Shown here piece after piece: positions 63,175-64,000 of a DNA stretch of 64,000 nt. Within the stretch, counting starts at the first letter, position 1; each line of letters opens with the position of its first letter. The DNA lies in NCBI GenBank assembly GCA_030141605.1, contig JAQGDQ010000066.1:558001-622000 (forward strand), read 5' to 3'. This DNA is from Tubiluchus corallicola. Lineage: Eukaryota > Animalia > Priapulida. The notes beneath the pieces were generated by a model. That model was not told the origin of the DNA and made no database searches. It saw only the letters and a program-made list of their open reading frames with translations. The translations under genes and the position numbers were made by a program.

Positions 63175-64000
63175 AGATTGTAACTAAACAAACACATATT
63201 CGCCTAATCGTGTATGCGAAAATTCACTGTTGCTGACATGTACACTGTCAAGCAGCTCATGCGGGGACTTTATCAAACTACTGATGTTTACATTACCTGT
63301 TTACAGTTACATACACCTGCACTTTTACCTGGGCGCACTTGAGTCAAGGTACGTCGAATCAAAAACACAGAAAAACATCAGCAAAGTGGAATGCAGGCCC
63401 AGTAATCGAGACCAAACAAAAATACAATTGCCATCCTTTGTGAGACACAACGCTAAAGGTCGTCTTGTTGTTTGGTCCTTGACACATACATGTATAACAT
63501 GTATGTGTCCTTTAGTGAGCCCGTCCGTACATTGTTTTCAGATTATAAAAAGTATTAAGTGTCAATCGAAATAGACTGCTGAAAATTTCAAAAAATTGTT
63601 AAAATGTTGCCAAATGGAATGATTGATGACAAGTAGAAGCCTTAAGATACCAAAATATTCTAAGTTTTGCTACCATTGCTTCAGCTACACAAGACTTACA
63701 CTGTATGTAGCCATGTCGGTATTTTTTGCAGACAATTTAGAAACTAACTGTGCACTGTTAAGCTTTTTTAATATAGCTGTCAATGTTCATAGTTACGATA
63801 AGACCCGCATCTTTTTACACCAAATCTTAATTCTAGCAGCAGTTTCTGGTTTCTATGGAAACATGAGTAGCACAGCCCCCATTCTATTAACAAGACTCTG
63901 GACCGTTCACTCTCTTTCAAATACTTCCTTTCAGCTAACATGGATTTCAACTAACAGGGTATGACAAACACCTACGCAAGCTGTTGACTTGATCGCTAGT

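Overview
This is AT-rich, intron-containing animal (invertebrate-like) genomic DNA, not prokaryotic. Almost the whole window is one minus-strand spectraplakin gene (dystonin/MACF1, Drosophila shot, C. elegans vab-10 family). I walked GT-AG junctions by hand and assembled 34 phase-compatible exons from 59365 down to 105. They total 32,577 nt (about 10,860 codons) with the order CH2 domain, plakin domain with SH3, two huge plectin-repeat exons (5.3 kb and 17.6 kb), then the spectrin-repeat rod, which runs off the left edge. CH1, EF-hand and GAR exons were not found in the window. Points of most interest: (1) a candidate alternative first exon at 62.5-63.2 kb encoding a single-pass transmembrane N-terminus that would splice in frame onto CH2, with a second N-terminus encoded in another frame just upstream; (2) a recent in-frame array of about 10 near-identical 903-bp (301-aa) plectin-repeat modules inside the 17,625-nt frame-symmetric exon; (3) a small exon in the plakin region that the ORF track misses. 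Introns hold a TA-flanked MITE, a LINE remnant and small tandem repeats.
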